NCBI GenBank assembly: GCA_965199955.1
Contig: CBDATQ010000002.1
Span: 640,001-704,000 of the forward strand
DNA: 64,000 nt
Direction: 5' to 3'
From: Spirochaetia bacterium
GTDB lineage: Bacteria; Spirochaetota; Spirochaetia; SZUA-6; Bin103
Shown: one piece after another, positions 29,756 through 38,445 of the stretch
How the letters are laid out: each line of letters begins with the position of its first letter
Numbering within the stretch: the stretch's first letter is position 1
Position numbers and translations under genes: made by a program
Notes under the pieces: model-generated
The model's input: only the letters and a program-made list of their open reading frames with translations
What the model was told of the DNA's origin: nothing
The model's database searches: none

Positions 29756-30625
29756 TTACGCAGTAGGACGGCGCGGTGGAATCGGTTCCAGGATCGATCG
29801 CCGTTCCGGGGTCAGGCGGCGCAGCAGCGCGGCCGAGAGTTCGTAGTTGAAGCGGGTGCGCACGAATCGCGGCGAGTACCGGTACAGCACGGTGCGGCGG
29901 TGGCCGGCATTGGTACGCCGCGCCGAGCCGTGGGTGACCGCGTCGGTGAACAGCAGGGCGTCGCCGGCCTCCAGGTAGACCTCCTGCATGCCGAGCGCGG
30001 TGCCGGCCGCCTCCCGTTCGTGGCTGGCGGCGGCTATGGGGGCGCCGTCGACTGCCAGCCGGGGATGGACCTCGGTGACCTTGTGACTGCCCGGAACCAG
30101 CACCGTGGGACCGTCGCCGGGGCCGATGTCGTGCAGCGCCATCATCACGTTGATCTGACCGACCATCCACTCGCCGGTGTTGCGCTGGCGAAAGGTCATG
30201 TAGCTGATGGGCATGTGCCCGCCGGAGTGGATGTAGAGGAAGCCGCCCGAGCCGCGCACGTTGAGCAGGTTCTCGTGGATGGAGAGTCTGTTGATGGGAT
30301 TGATGAAGCGCGTGACCAGGGGCAGCCACGCCGGGTGGTCGATGAGCCGTTCGAACACCGCGCCGCCTTCCACGATGTTCTGAAAGTTGACGCCGTCGTC
30401 CGGCCCGTAGCTGTGCAGCTCGACGTGGCCGATCCAGCAGTCAGGCCGCACCTGTTCGCCAACCTCGGCGGCCTCCACCGGGAGGTTCTCCACGTAGGAC
30501 CAGTGATCGTCCACCCAGCGATTCATCTCCGCGAGATCGTCGCGGCCGATCGCACCCTTGAGGACCAGGTAGCCTCGGAGGTCGAACAGGTAGTCCAGGT
30601 TCTTGTCACTCGTGCCGGCGTCCAT
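29756..30625 (-). CDS. PhyH-family Fe(II)/2OG enzyme with HxG motif
   Basis: YLFDLRGYL, IHSGGH, VLVPGSHK, THGS...RRTVLYRY. Confidence 0.88.
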   Translation of the reverse strand: MDAGTSDKNLDYLFDLRGYLVLKGAIGRDDLAEMNRWVDDHWSYVENLPVEAAEVGEQVRPDCWIGHVELHSYGPDDGVNFQNIVEGGAVFERLIDHPAWLPLVTRFINPINRLSIHENLLNVRGSGGFLYIHSGGHMPISYMTFRQRNTGEWMVGQINVMMALHDIGPGDGPTVLVPGSHKVTEVHPRLAVDGAPIAAASHEREAAGTALGMQEVYLEAGDALLFTDAVTHGSARRTNAGHRRTVLYRYSPRFVRTRFNYELSAALLRRLTPERRSILEPIPPRRPTA

Positions 30626-30752
30626 GTTGGCTGTGCCCCTCGCTTCGGAACCCCGACTCTATCCGCAAACCTCCCTGCGTGGCGCGTCTTCACACGCGGA
30701 TCCGGGGAGATCCGAACCATGATTGCGGTGACTCAGGTGGTATGGTTGGGCC

Positions 30753-31775
30753 ATGCGGCCCGATGGGAGCGCAGCCAAGCGGATCGACGCCACGCGCCGG
30801 CAGGCGGCGGAGGCGGTCTGCGACCGCGTGATCGGTCGCGTACGCGACTGGCGCTACGTGCCGCCGGAAGCCCTCTGGGCCGAGAGCACCGCCTACCGGG
30901 CAGAGCTGGCCGCCACTCTGGCGATCGCCGGCCACCTGCTGGGCCGGCAGCGCTGCATGGACGTGGCGGAGGCGATGCTGGAGCGGATCCTGGCCGAGCG
31001 GGTCGACGGCGCGCTGTGGTCGGTGGGACGGTGGTGCCAGTTTCCCGTCTATAGCGGACTGCCCATCGACTGGCGCGACGAGCTGACCCGGCCCGACACC
31101 ACCAACCCGATCGTCCTGTATTGCCTGGGCGTGTACCATCGCATCACCGGCGACCGCCGGTTCGCCGCCAGCGTGCGCACGTCGTTCGATCGCATGCAGG
31201 CCGGCGCCTGGTTCGGGGATCCTGCCGCCCTGCACCACATGACCCCGGAGTGGGTCGCGCTGGCCAGCTTCCTGTGGCGTGAGGAGTTCCCGGAGTACTG
31301 GCAGGCGGCGCGACCGATCGTCGACTGGGTTCGCGCCGGGCTGGTGCCGGGGGCGGCGCTCGACTTCCCGTTCGTGACCGCCGTCCGCATGCACCTGCTG
31401 CTGGCCACCACCGGAACGGAACATCTGCGCGGGACGATCGGCCCGGCGATCGACGCCTTCCTGGCCGACGAGTCGTGGCGGTACGAGCACGAGCGCCGGG
31501 ACGTCCGCCACATCAAGGAGCTGGGAGAGCACGTGGACATCCGCGCCAACGGGGCGCTGGCGGTGGCGATGCGGATGTTCGATCTGGCCGCGGGCGAAGA
31601 GGTCTATACCGGTACCGACCACTACCGGTATCTGGCGGGATGGATGGACGCGATGCGCGACCCCGACGGCTCCTGCTACGGCTGCCGCGACGTCGGCACG
31701 GGCCGGCGGTTCTGCCTGGGCTCGCCGCCGCACTACATCCAGCTCTGGTGGATCCTGGGCGGCTTCCACGTGTGA
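30753..31775 (+). CDS. Hypothetical protein
   Basis: 340-aa ORF with genome-typical codon usage, Trp/Tyr-rich and helical; family not recognised. Confidence 0.7.
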   Translation: MRPDGSAAKRIDATRRQAAEAVCDRVIGRVRDWRYVPPEALWAESTAYRAELAATLAIAGHLLGRQRCMDVAEAMLERILAERVDGALWSVGRWCQFPVYSGLPIDWRDELTRPDTTNPIVLYCLGVYHRITGDRRFAASVRTSFDRMQAGAWFGDPAALHHMTPEWVALASFLWREEFPEYWQAARPIVDWVRAGLVPGAALDFPFVTAVRMHLLLATTGTEHLRGTIGPAIDAFLADESWRYEHERRDVRHIKELGEHVDIRANGALAVAMRMFDLAAGEEVYTGTDHYRYLAGWMDAMRDPDGSCYGCRDVGTGRRFCLGSPPHYIQLWWILGGFHV

Positions 31776-31839
31776 CCGCGTGACCGAACGGACCATCGGA
31801 CTGCCGGCGCGCGGCGCCGACGTCGTCGTGGACGGCTGC

Positions 31840-32203
31840 CACATCCACGGGGAGGGCTCCCACGTAGAAGCTGTAGTAGGTGTCGCTGCCGGGGGAGCCG
31901 CGCCAGTCGGGGAGAGACGGATCGGCCTGGTTGCCGGTCTGCGCGAACGGACGCGGCACGTGGCCCCAGCGCGCGTAGTCTCGCCTCCGGCCGGAACTTG
32001 ACGTCGCAGTAGGCGTCGAAGCCGTGCTCGGCCGGCACCAGGTGGTTCTTGCCGCCCCACCAGACGTGGTAGCCGGCCCGCTTGAGCAGCGTGAGGGCGT
32101 ACGGCTCGCCGTGATGGGCGCGCAGCAGGTGGCCGACCACGTCGCCCCGCCACTGGTCGGGGTTGAAGATGACGATGTGGGGAGGACGCCTACCGGGTGC
32201 CAC
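31840..32203 (-). pseudogene. Sulfatase remnant with internal deletions
   Basis: PHIVIFNPDQWRGD and AGYHVWWGGKNH present, but the CxPSR segment and C-terminus are missing. Confidence 0.7.
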
Positions 32204-32256
32204 CGCTCACACCAGACACCGGGAGGCCGAGAACCGCTCGATCGGGCACCGTGGCC

Positions 32257-33417
32257 TCAGGCCCGACGGGCGGCGCGTTCCAGGCCGAACAGACGGGCGG
32301 CGTTGCCGCCCAGGATCGACGCCTTCTCTTCGTCGGACAGGAAGTCGCAGTGCACGCGGATGAAGTCCAGCGACTGCCGGTACGTGCACCACTGCGTCAT
32401 CCCGTACGGGCTGTCCGAGCCCCAGAGCAGCGACTCGGCGCCGGCGCGGTCGAGGAGTTCGCGCAGCAGCTTCTGGCCTTCCGGGTACGGGTAGTCCGGC
32501 CACTTGGCCGGCATCAGCAGCTCCGCGTGTACCTGCGGCCGGTCGAGCACGCGCAGCAGCTCCTCCGGCACGCGGATCTGGTGGATGATCGCGGCCGGCA
32601 CCAGGCCGTGGGTGATCACGCACGGCACCTCCGGATGGCGCCGCGTCCACTCGTCCAGCTCGGCGACCCGCCGCATGAACAGGCCCACGCGGTCGAGCGC
32701 GCGGTCGTCCAGGAACCAGAACACCGGCAGCCCGCGCTCCTCGACCAGCCGCCAGAGGGCGTCAAAGGTGGGATCGTTGAGCGAGCGATCGACCTGCATC
32801 ACCGACAGCGGTTCGACGCTGAAGTACAGGCCGCGCATGCCCAGATCGTCGAAGCCGGCTCGCAACCGCGCCAGCCGGCCGGGGTCGTCGGCCGCAGGCT
32901 CCCAGATCTGAGCCAGTGCGACGAAACGGCCCGGGTACCGCACGGACGCCTCGGCGTAGTACTCGTTGAGGTCGCCGTAGACGTGGTCGGACTGCAGGAC
33001 GCCGACGTCGACGCCCGCCAGGTCCATCTCGCCCACCATCCGCTCGGGGGTCGCCTCGTTGTTGGCGAGGCTCGGCGGGTAGATCTGCATGCGATAGCTG
33101 ACCCCGGCGACGCTGATCTCCGCCTGTCCGTGGTCGGTCAGGTGAAAGCCCACGTCCGGCATGTCGGCGATGGAGGGGGAGCCGAACTCCAGCAGCGGGT
33201 CGGTGACGTGCTCGCCGGTGTCCATGCGCCAGAAGTCGACCCACTCGCGCGAGTGGTACTGCCAGAACTTCAGCCGCAGCTCGGGCGGGATTCCCTGCGG
33301 CTGCGATCCGAGCCGCGGGAAGATATGGTAGTGCGCGTCGATGACCGGCGTGTCGCCGGCGGCGCCCGGCAACACCCAGCCGCCGCCCGTCCAGCGCGGC
33401 GCCGTCTCTTCGCTCAT
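32257..33417 (-). CDS. Amidohydrolase_2 family protein
   Basis: VIDAHYH, LLWGSDSPY, ILGGNAARLF. Confidence 0.88.
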   Translation of the reverse strand: MSEETAPRWTGGGWVLPGAAGDTPVIDAHYHIFPRLGSQPQGIPPELRLKFWQYHSREWVDFWRMDTGEHVTDPLLEFGSPSIADMPDVGFHLTDHGQAEISVAGVSYRMQIYPPSLANNEATPERMVGEMDLAGVDVGVLQSDHVYGDLNEYYAEASVRYPGRFVALAQIWEPAADDPGRLARLRAGFDDLGMRGLYFSVEPLSVMQVDRSLNDPTFDALWRLVEERGLPVFWFLDDRALDRVGLFMRRVAELDEWTRRHPEVPCVITHGLVPAAIIHQIRVPEELLRVLDRPQVHAELLMPAKWPDYPYPEGQKLLRELLDRAGAESLLWGSDSPYGMTQWCTYRQSLDFIRVHCDFLSDEEKASILGGNAARLFGLERAARRA

Positions 33418-34385
33418 GCGTTCAGTTCCTCCGGTTGCGCCTGAAGCCAGGCGTCGAAGTCGCTGCCGCGCCACCCCGAGCGCGGCCGGTAGCCCAGCAG
33501 CTCGACCGCCTTGGCGGAGCTGAACGGCGAGTCGAACCCGGTCAGCGGCGCGCGCCGCTCGACGTCCGGGAAGTGCCGGTCCAGCAGCTCCGGCGTCGGG
33601 ATCGGGCTGCAGGTGTCGGAGCCGGCGATCAGGAACACCTCGTGCCGGAGACCGGTGGCGGCCAGCGCCAGCCCGAAGGCGCCCGCGGCGTCGCGCAGGT
33701 CGGTCACCGCCCACAGCAGGTTGCGCGGCGGCGGCGGTCCGGGCATCGGCCACGCGCAGTCCGGCTCGTGGATCGCGCGCCGGTAGCGCTCGCGCCAGAG
33801 GCGCTCGCGAGTCATGCCGGCGCGGCCGGCCCATCCGCAACGCACAGCGACGTCGGCCCCGGCGGTGTCCACGCACCAGTTGTGGTTGATCCGCAGGCAG
33901 ATCGTGGGCAGGCCGTGGCGGTCCGTGTAGCGCTTGCAAGCGGCCTCGGCCAGCAGCTTGCTGAGCCCGTACTCATCCTGCGGCGCGTCCGGGTGTGCCT
34001 CGTCGATCGGCAGGTAGCGCGGCACGATGTCGTGGGTCTGGAAGGAGAAGCCGGTGGCCGCGGCGGAGGAGGCGAGGACCACCCGCCCGACCCCGCAGGC
34101 GACGGCCGCCTCCAGCACGTTGACGGTGCCGATGACGTTGAGCGTGAGCAACTCGGCCGGAGCGGCTCTGCCGGGACCGGGCACCGCGGCCAAGTGGATG
34201 ATCGCGTCCTGACCGGTAGAGGCGTGCCGCAGGCCGTCGGCATCCATCAGGTCGCCGCCGTTCCACGCATCCCAGGGTTCGGCGGGCGCCGTGCGGCTGA
34301 AGCAGGTCAGCCTATGCGCCGGCGCGAGGGCGCGGCGCAGGTAGCTGCCGACGATGCCGCTGCCGCCGGTGACGAGCACGCGCAT
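33414..34385 (-). CDS. NAD-dependent epimerase/dehydratase
   Basis: VLVTGGSGIVG, IHLAA, YGLSK. Confidence 0.9.
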   Translation of the reverse strand: MRVLVTGGSGIVGSYLRRALAPAHRLTCFSRTAPAEPWDAWNGGDLMDADGLRHASTGQDAIIHLAAVPGPGRAAPAELLTLNVIGTVNVLEAAVACGVGRVVLASSAAATGFSFQTHDIVPRYLPIDEAHPDAPQDEYGLSKLLAEAACKRYTDRHGLPTICLRINHNWCVDTAGADVAVRCGWAGRAGMTRERLWRERYRRAIHEPDCAWPMPGPPPPRNLLWAVTDLRDAAGAFGLALAATGLRHEVFLIAGSDTCSPIPTPELLDRHFPDVERRAPLTGFDSPFSSAKAVELLGYRPRSGWRGSDFDAWLQAQPEELNA

Positions 34386-34493
34386 GCGGTAGCGTAGCGC
34401 CGCGGTGCCGCCGACGCGACCGCGCACCCGGCATGATCGCCCACTTCGCTACGGTCAGGGCACTGGCGAAGGTGCAGGCGGCGCTGCACGGGA

Positions 34494-34646
34494 TCACCGT
34501 TCGCCGAGGCTTCTCCGGAGAACTCCCAGGTCTTGCCGCAGATCCTCGATGTCGTACTGGGCCGACACTCTTCTGGACCGGGCGTGGTCCAACTCGCGGA
34601 CCAGCTCCAGTGGGATCCGGGTGCCTACCATCTGTTCCTTCTTCAC
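34494..34646 (-). pseudogene. UPF0175-like antitoxin remnant with internal deletion
   Basis: KKEQMVGTRIPLELVREL...AQYDIEDLRQDL; AGGAGA RBS. Confidence 0.4.
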
Positions 34647-34748
34647 TTGCTCTCCTCCCGGGCGATTCTCAGCACTTCGACGACGGCCGGGGAAAGCCAC
34701 AGGACATCGGCGAGATCGCTGAGAGCTGCCTCCAACTCGCCAAGAAAG

Positions 34749-35960
34749 TCACTCGCGCCAGGCGTCCGCCGCCACCTGCAGGCAGGCGATGGCGTGGCGC
34801 CGGCTCTGCTCCAGAGGGAACTTGTCGTGCTGCTTGACCATGCAGGAGATGGCGTTCAGCCGGATCACCGCCTGGAAGCCCAGGGAGGCCTGATACAGCC
34901 CCTCTTCGTGACCGGTCCAGTTGCCGTGATGGGTGTCGGGCAGCGCCAGCAATTGCTCGTCGATGTCGAGCCAGATGTCCCGCAGTGCGTCGTCCGCCAG
35001 GCACTCCGGGCGGTAGCGCAGCAGCATGTGGCCCGGGCGCCGCTTCCAGTGGTTGGAGTGCCACTCCCAGAACAGCCACGGGCGCTTTTCCTCCAGGTAG
35101 CGCCAGACGTTGTTGACTTCCGGGGTGGACTCCGGGAGGTGCTCGGCGCCCTGTATGCCCTCCAGGTACGGGAACCGCCCCTGGGAGTCGCTGACGCCGT
35201 AGCCGAGCACGGTTCCGTCCGGGTTGGTCATCGGGATGAAGCAGACGTGGAAACGCTGCACGATGGCGTCCGCCGCGGCACTGCCCGTTCCCAGGAAGTC
35301 GATCAGCGCCCGGCAGGCCAGGCTGCCCATCTCGGAAGGCTGCGGCGTCTGCGTGTGCACCATGGTGGGATTGCCGGGATCGCCGAACTCGACGGCGTAC
35401 ACCGCGCGGCCCTGGAAGCTGCTGCCGATCCGCCGCACCGTGCCGGACTCGACCGTCTGCAGCCAGTCCAGCATCTCGGTGTAGGGCCACCAGTGGTAGT
35501 TGCTGAGGAAGATCGTGCCGTCCCGCTCCGCGCCGCCCGGCGGCAGCGTCAGGTCCAGGTCCAGGGAGTCGGGCAACTCCGGCACGCGGTGGATGTCGCC
35601 GGCCGGGATCTCGCTCCATACGCCTGTGTGCCGCACCTGGAAGCTGGCCGACTGCTCTCCCCAGGTGCCCTCGAACGGGGCGTTCAGGCGCAGCCGCACG
35701 CGGCGCCCGCGCGGCAGCTCGTTGCGCACGCCCACGCACACGTAGTAGCCTAGGCCGCCGAAGCGGTGTTTGCCCGGCTCCTCCTCCAGGTCCGCCGCGT
35801 AGTGGCCGGGCGCCAGCGCCCGGAAGTTGCAGCCGTTGGCGCCCTCGAAGTCGGAGGCCAGCAGCACCTCGGTGTCGGCGAACACGTCGCCCCGGCCGCC
35901 GCGCGTCCCGCGCTCCCATCGCGGATCGTAGTCCGCCAGCCCTCGCTCAGTCTCAGCCAT
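34749..35960 (-). CDS. M14 zinc carboxypeptidase-like protein
   Basis: ASDFEGAN, IGSSFQGR, PMTNPDG, WEWHS; QPSE where HxxE is expected. Confidence 0.7.
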   Translation of the reverse strand: MAETERGLADYDPRWERGTRGGRGDVFADTEVLLASDFEGANGCNFRALAPGHYAADLEEEPGKHRFGGLGYYVCVGVRNELPRGRRVRLRLNAPFEGTWGEQSASFQVRHTGVWSEIPAGDIHRVPELPDSLDLDLTLPPGGAERDGTIFLSNYHWWPYTEMLDWLQTVESGTVRRIGSSFQGRAVYAVEFGDPGNPTMVHTQTPQPSEMGSLACRALIDFLGTGSAAADAIVQRFHVCFIPMTNPDGTVLGYGVSDSQGRFPYLEGIQGAEHLPESTPEVNNVWRYLEEKRPWLFWEWHSNHWKRRPGHMLLRYRPECLADDALRDIWLDIDEQLLALPDTHHGNWTGHEEGLYQASLGFQAVIRLNAISCMVKQHDKFPLEQSRRHAIACLQVAADAWRE

Positions 35961-36154
35961 GCCGTCCTCCTCCTTCTCTCAGCCGGCCGCGCCCGCGACC
36001 GCGCTGTCCAGCCACCCCTCCAGGGTGAATCGCGCCGTGCCCACCTCGCCCGGGTCCAGGCAGCGCCGGTGCTCTGCCGGTAACGGCCGCACCTGCAGAT
36101 CCGGCAAGCGCAGGCCGCGGAAGTGAAGCGGGGTTCCGTATGCGCAGTGCTTCC

Positions 36155-37285
36155 TCACGCGTACGGATCGGCTGCGTCGCGCAGGCCGTCGCCGACGAAG
36201 TTGAACGCCAGTACCGCGATGATCACGAAGAACGCCGGGATCAGCAGCCACGGATTGAGGCCCACGGCGTTGATGTTCTGGGCCTCGTGCAGCAGTACGC
36301 CCCAACTGGTCACCGGCGGCCGCAACCCGATACCCAGGAAGCTCAGCGCGGTCTCCGCCAGCACCATGTGCGGGATGCTCAACGTGATGGTGACGATGAT
36401 GTGACTCATGAACGACGGCAACAGGTGGCGGCCGATGATAGCCGCCTCCGAGGCGCCGGCGACCACCGCGGCCGTCACGAAATCCTCCTCGCGCAGCGAC
36501 AGGAGCTTGCCGCGCACCACCCGCGCCAGGCCGGTCCAGCCCAGCACCGACAGGATGATGGTGACCGCGAAGTACACCTGCAACGGCGGCCACTCGGCCG
36601 GGACCGCGGCGCTCAGCGCCATCCACAGCGGTATGGACGGGAACGAGCGCAGCAGCTCGATGGCACGCTGGATGATCGTGTCGGTCGCGCCCCCGAGGTA
36701 CCCGGAGACCCCGCCCAGGATCAGCCCGATGATCAGGCTCAGAGCCACGCCGATCAGGCCGATCGACAGCGAGATCCGGGCGCCGTAGACGATGCGGGAG
36801 AACAGGTCGCGGCCCAGCCGGTCGGTCCCGAACACGAAGAACGTCGCCTCGTCGGCGACGCCGAACAGGTGCAGGTCGGTGTCGAACAGCCCCCAGAAGC
36901 GATAGCTCTCGCCGCGGGTGAACAGTTCGACCCGGTAGGGCGTCGTACGGTCCTCGGTATAGATCTTGCGCCGCGATTTGGGATCCACCTCCCGCGTCAT
37001 CCGATACACGAACGGCGCCTGCAGACGCCCCTCGTGGACGACGTGAAGGCGCTGCGGCGGGGCATAGACGAACTCCACGCGCCGGGTGTTCAGGCCGTAC
37101 GGAGCGACGAACTCGCACAGCGCGCCGAGGCAATAGAGGAGGGCCACCACGGCGGTGGCCGCCACCGCCACCCGATGGCGCCGGAAGCGCAGCCACATCA
37201 GCCGCCATTGCGACGCAAGGTAGAGACGCTCCTCGGCGGCGGTGTGCGCGGTCGCCGCCGGACCGATGCGCGCCTCAGTCGCCAC
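36155..37285 (-). CDS. Dpp/Opp-type ABC permease (C subunit)
   Basis: FGTDRLGRDLFSR, ETALSFLG, FVGDGLRDAADP. Confidence 0.92.
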   Translation of the reverse strand: MATEARIGPAATAHTAAEERLYLASQWRLMWLRFRRHRVAVAATAVVALLYCLGALCEFVAPYGLNTRRVEFVYAPPQRLHVVHEGRLQAPFVYRMTREVDPKSRRKIYTEDRTTPYRVELFTRGESYRFWGLFDTDLHLFGVADEATFFVFGTDRLGRDLFSRIVYGARISLSIGLIGVALSLIIGLILGGVSGYLGGATDTIIQRAIELLRSFPSIPLWMALSAAVPAEWPPLQVYFAVTIILSVLGWTGLARVVRGKLLSLREEDFVTAAVVAGASEAAIIGRHLLPSFMSHIIVTITLSIPHMVLAETALSFLGIGLRPPVTSWGVLLHEAQNINAVGLNPWLLIPAFFVIIAVLAFNFVGDGLRDAADPYA

Positions 37286-38270
37286 GGCGGCCGAACCTGA
37301 TGCGCGGGTCGATGACGGCGAGCAGGACGTCCGAGACCAGCGTGCCGATCACCGTCAGCGCGGCCAGGAACATGACGAAGGTGCCGGCCAGGTACATGTC
37401 CTGGCTGAGCAGGGCGCGCAGGAGCAGCGGCCCGGTGGTAGGCAGGCTCAATACCACGGCGGTGATCTCCGCGCCCGAAATCAGCTCCGGCAACAGCCAG
37501 CCGACGCTGCTCACGATCGGGTTCAGGGCCAGGCGCACCGGATACTTGAACAGCAGTCGCGTCTCCGCCACGCCGCGCGACCGCGCGGTGATCACGTACT
37601 GCTTGCGCAGCTCGTCCAGCAGGTTGGCGCGCATCACGCGGATCAGTCCCGCCGTGCCCGCGGTCCCGACCACGATGATCGGGATCCACAGGTGGCTCAC
37701 CAAGTCGAGCACGCGCGCGAAGCTCCACGGCGCATCGATGAACTCCATGGAGAACAGCCCGCCAACGCTGATGTCGAAGTAGCGGTAGCCGATGTACATC
37801 AGGATCAGCGCGAGCAGGAAGTTGGGGATTGCCAGGCCGACGAACCCCAGGAACGTCACCGTGTAGTCACTCAGCGAGTACTGTGCGGTAGCGGAGTAGA
37901 TGCCCACGGGGATGGCCACCACCCACGTGAACAGCAACGTCGACAGCGAGATCACGACCGTCAGCAGCAGGCGGTCGCCGATCAGCTCCCCCACCGGACG
38001 GCGCTGCTCGAAGGAGTGGCCGAAATCGCCATGCACGAACCCCGAAACCCATTTCAGATACTGGACGTGGAACGGATCGTCCAGTCCGTACTGCGCCTTC
38101 AGCGCCTCCAGCGTGGCTGCGTCGACCAGGTCTCCGCTGGCTTCCAGGTTGGCGGCGTAGGTGTTCAGGTAGTCACCGGGCGGGAGCTGGATGATGACGA
38201 ACGACACCACCGAGATGAGCAGCAGCGTCGGTACCATGAGCAGCAGTCTGTGGCCGATGAATCGTCCCAT
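37275..38270 (-). CDS. Dpp/Opp-type ABC permease (B subunit)
   Basis: IIQLPPGD, YVITARSRG, IDPRIR. Confidence 0.92.
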   Translation of the reverse strand: MGRFIGHRLLLMVPTLLLISVVSFVIIQLPPGDYLNTYAANLEASGDLVDAATLEALKAQYGLDDPFHVQYLKWVSGFVHGDFGHSFEQRRPVGELIGDRLLLTVVISLSTLLFTWVVAIPVGIYSATAQYSLSDYTVTFLGFVGLAIPNFLLALILMYIGYRYFDISVGGLFSMEFIDAPWSFARVLDLVSHLWIPIIVVGTAGTAGLIRVMRANLLDELRKQYVITARSRGVAETRLLFKYPVRLALNPIVSSVGWLLPELISGAEITAVVLSLPTTGPLLLRALLSQDMYLAGTFVMFLAALTVIGTLVSDVLLAVIDPRIRFGRRGD

Positions 38271-38445
38271 GGGTGTGCCGCCGCGCGGCGTCCCGCAGCC
38301 GCCAGCGCGGCTGAAATTCTGCAACGATCCGATCACGCCGTCCACTCGACGCCGGAAGGGTCTTCGCTGCTGCCTCTGCCGCCCGCTGACCTTGACCTCA
38401 TCCCGCGCGCGTGCAACATTTGTCGGATTCAACTGGAGGAATCCC

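Noticed and set aside
27737..30119. Repeat pair as a DGR template/variable repeat
   Set aside because: Mismatches involve all bases and indels rather than adenines only, and no reverse transcriptase gene is present
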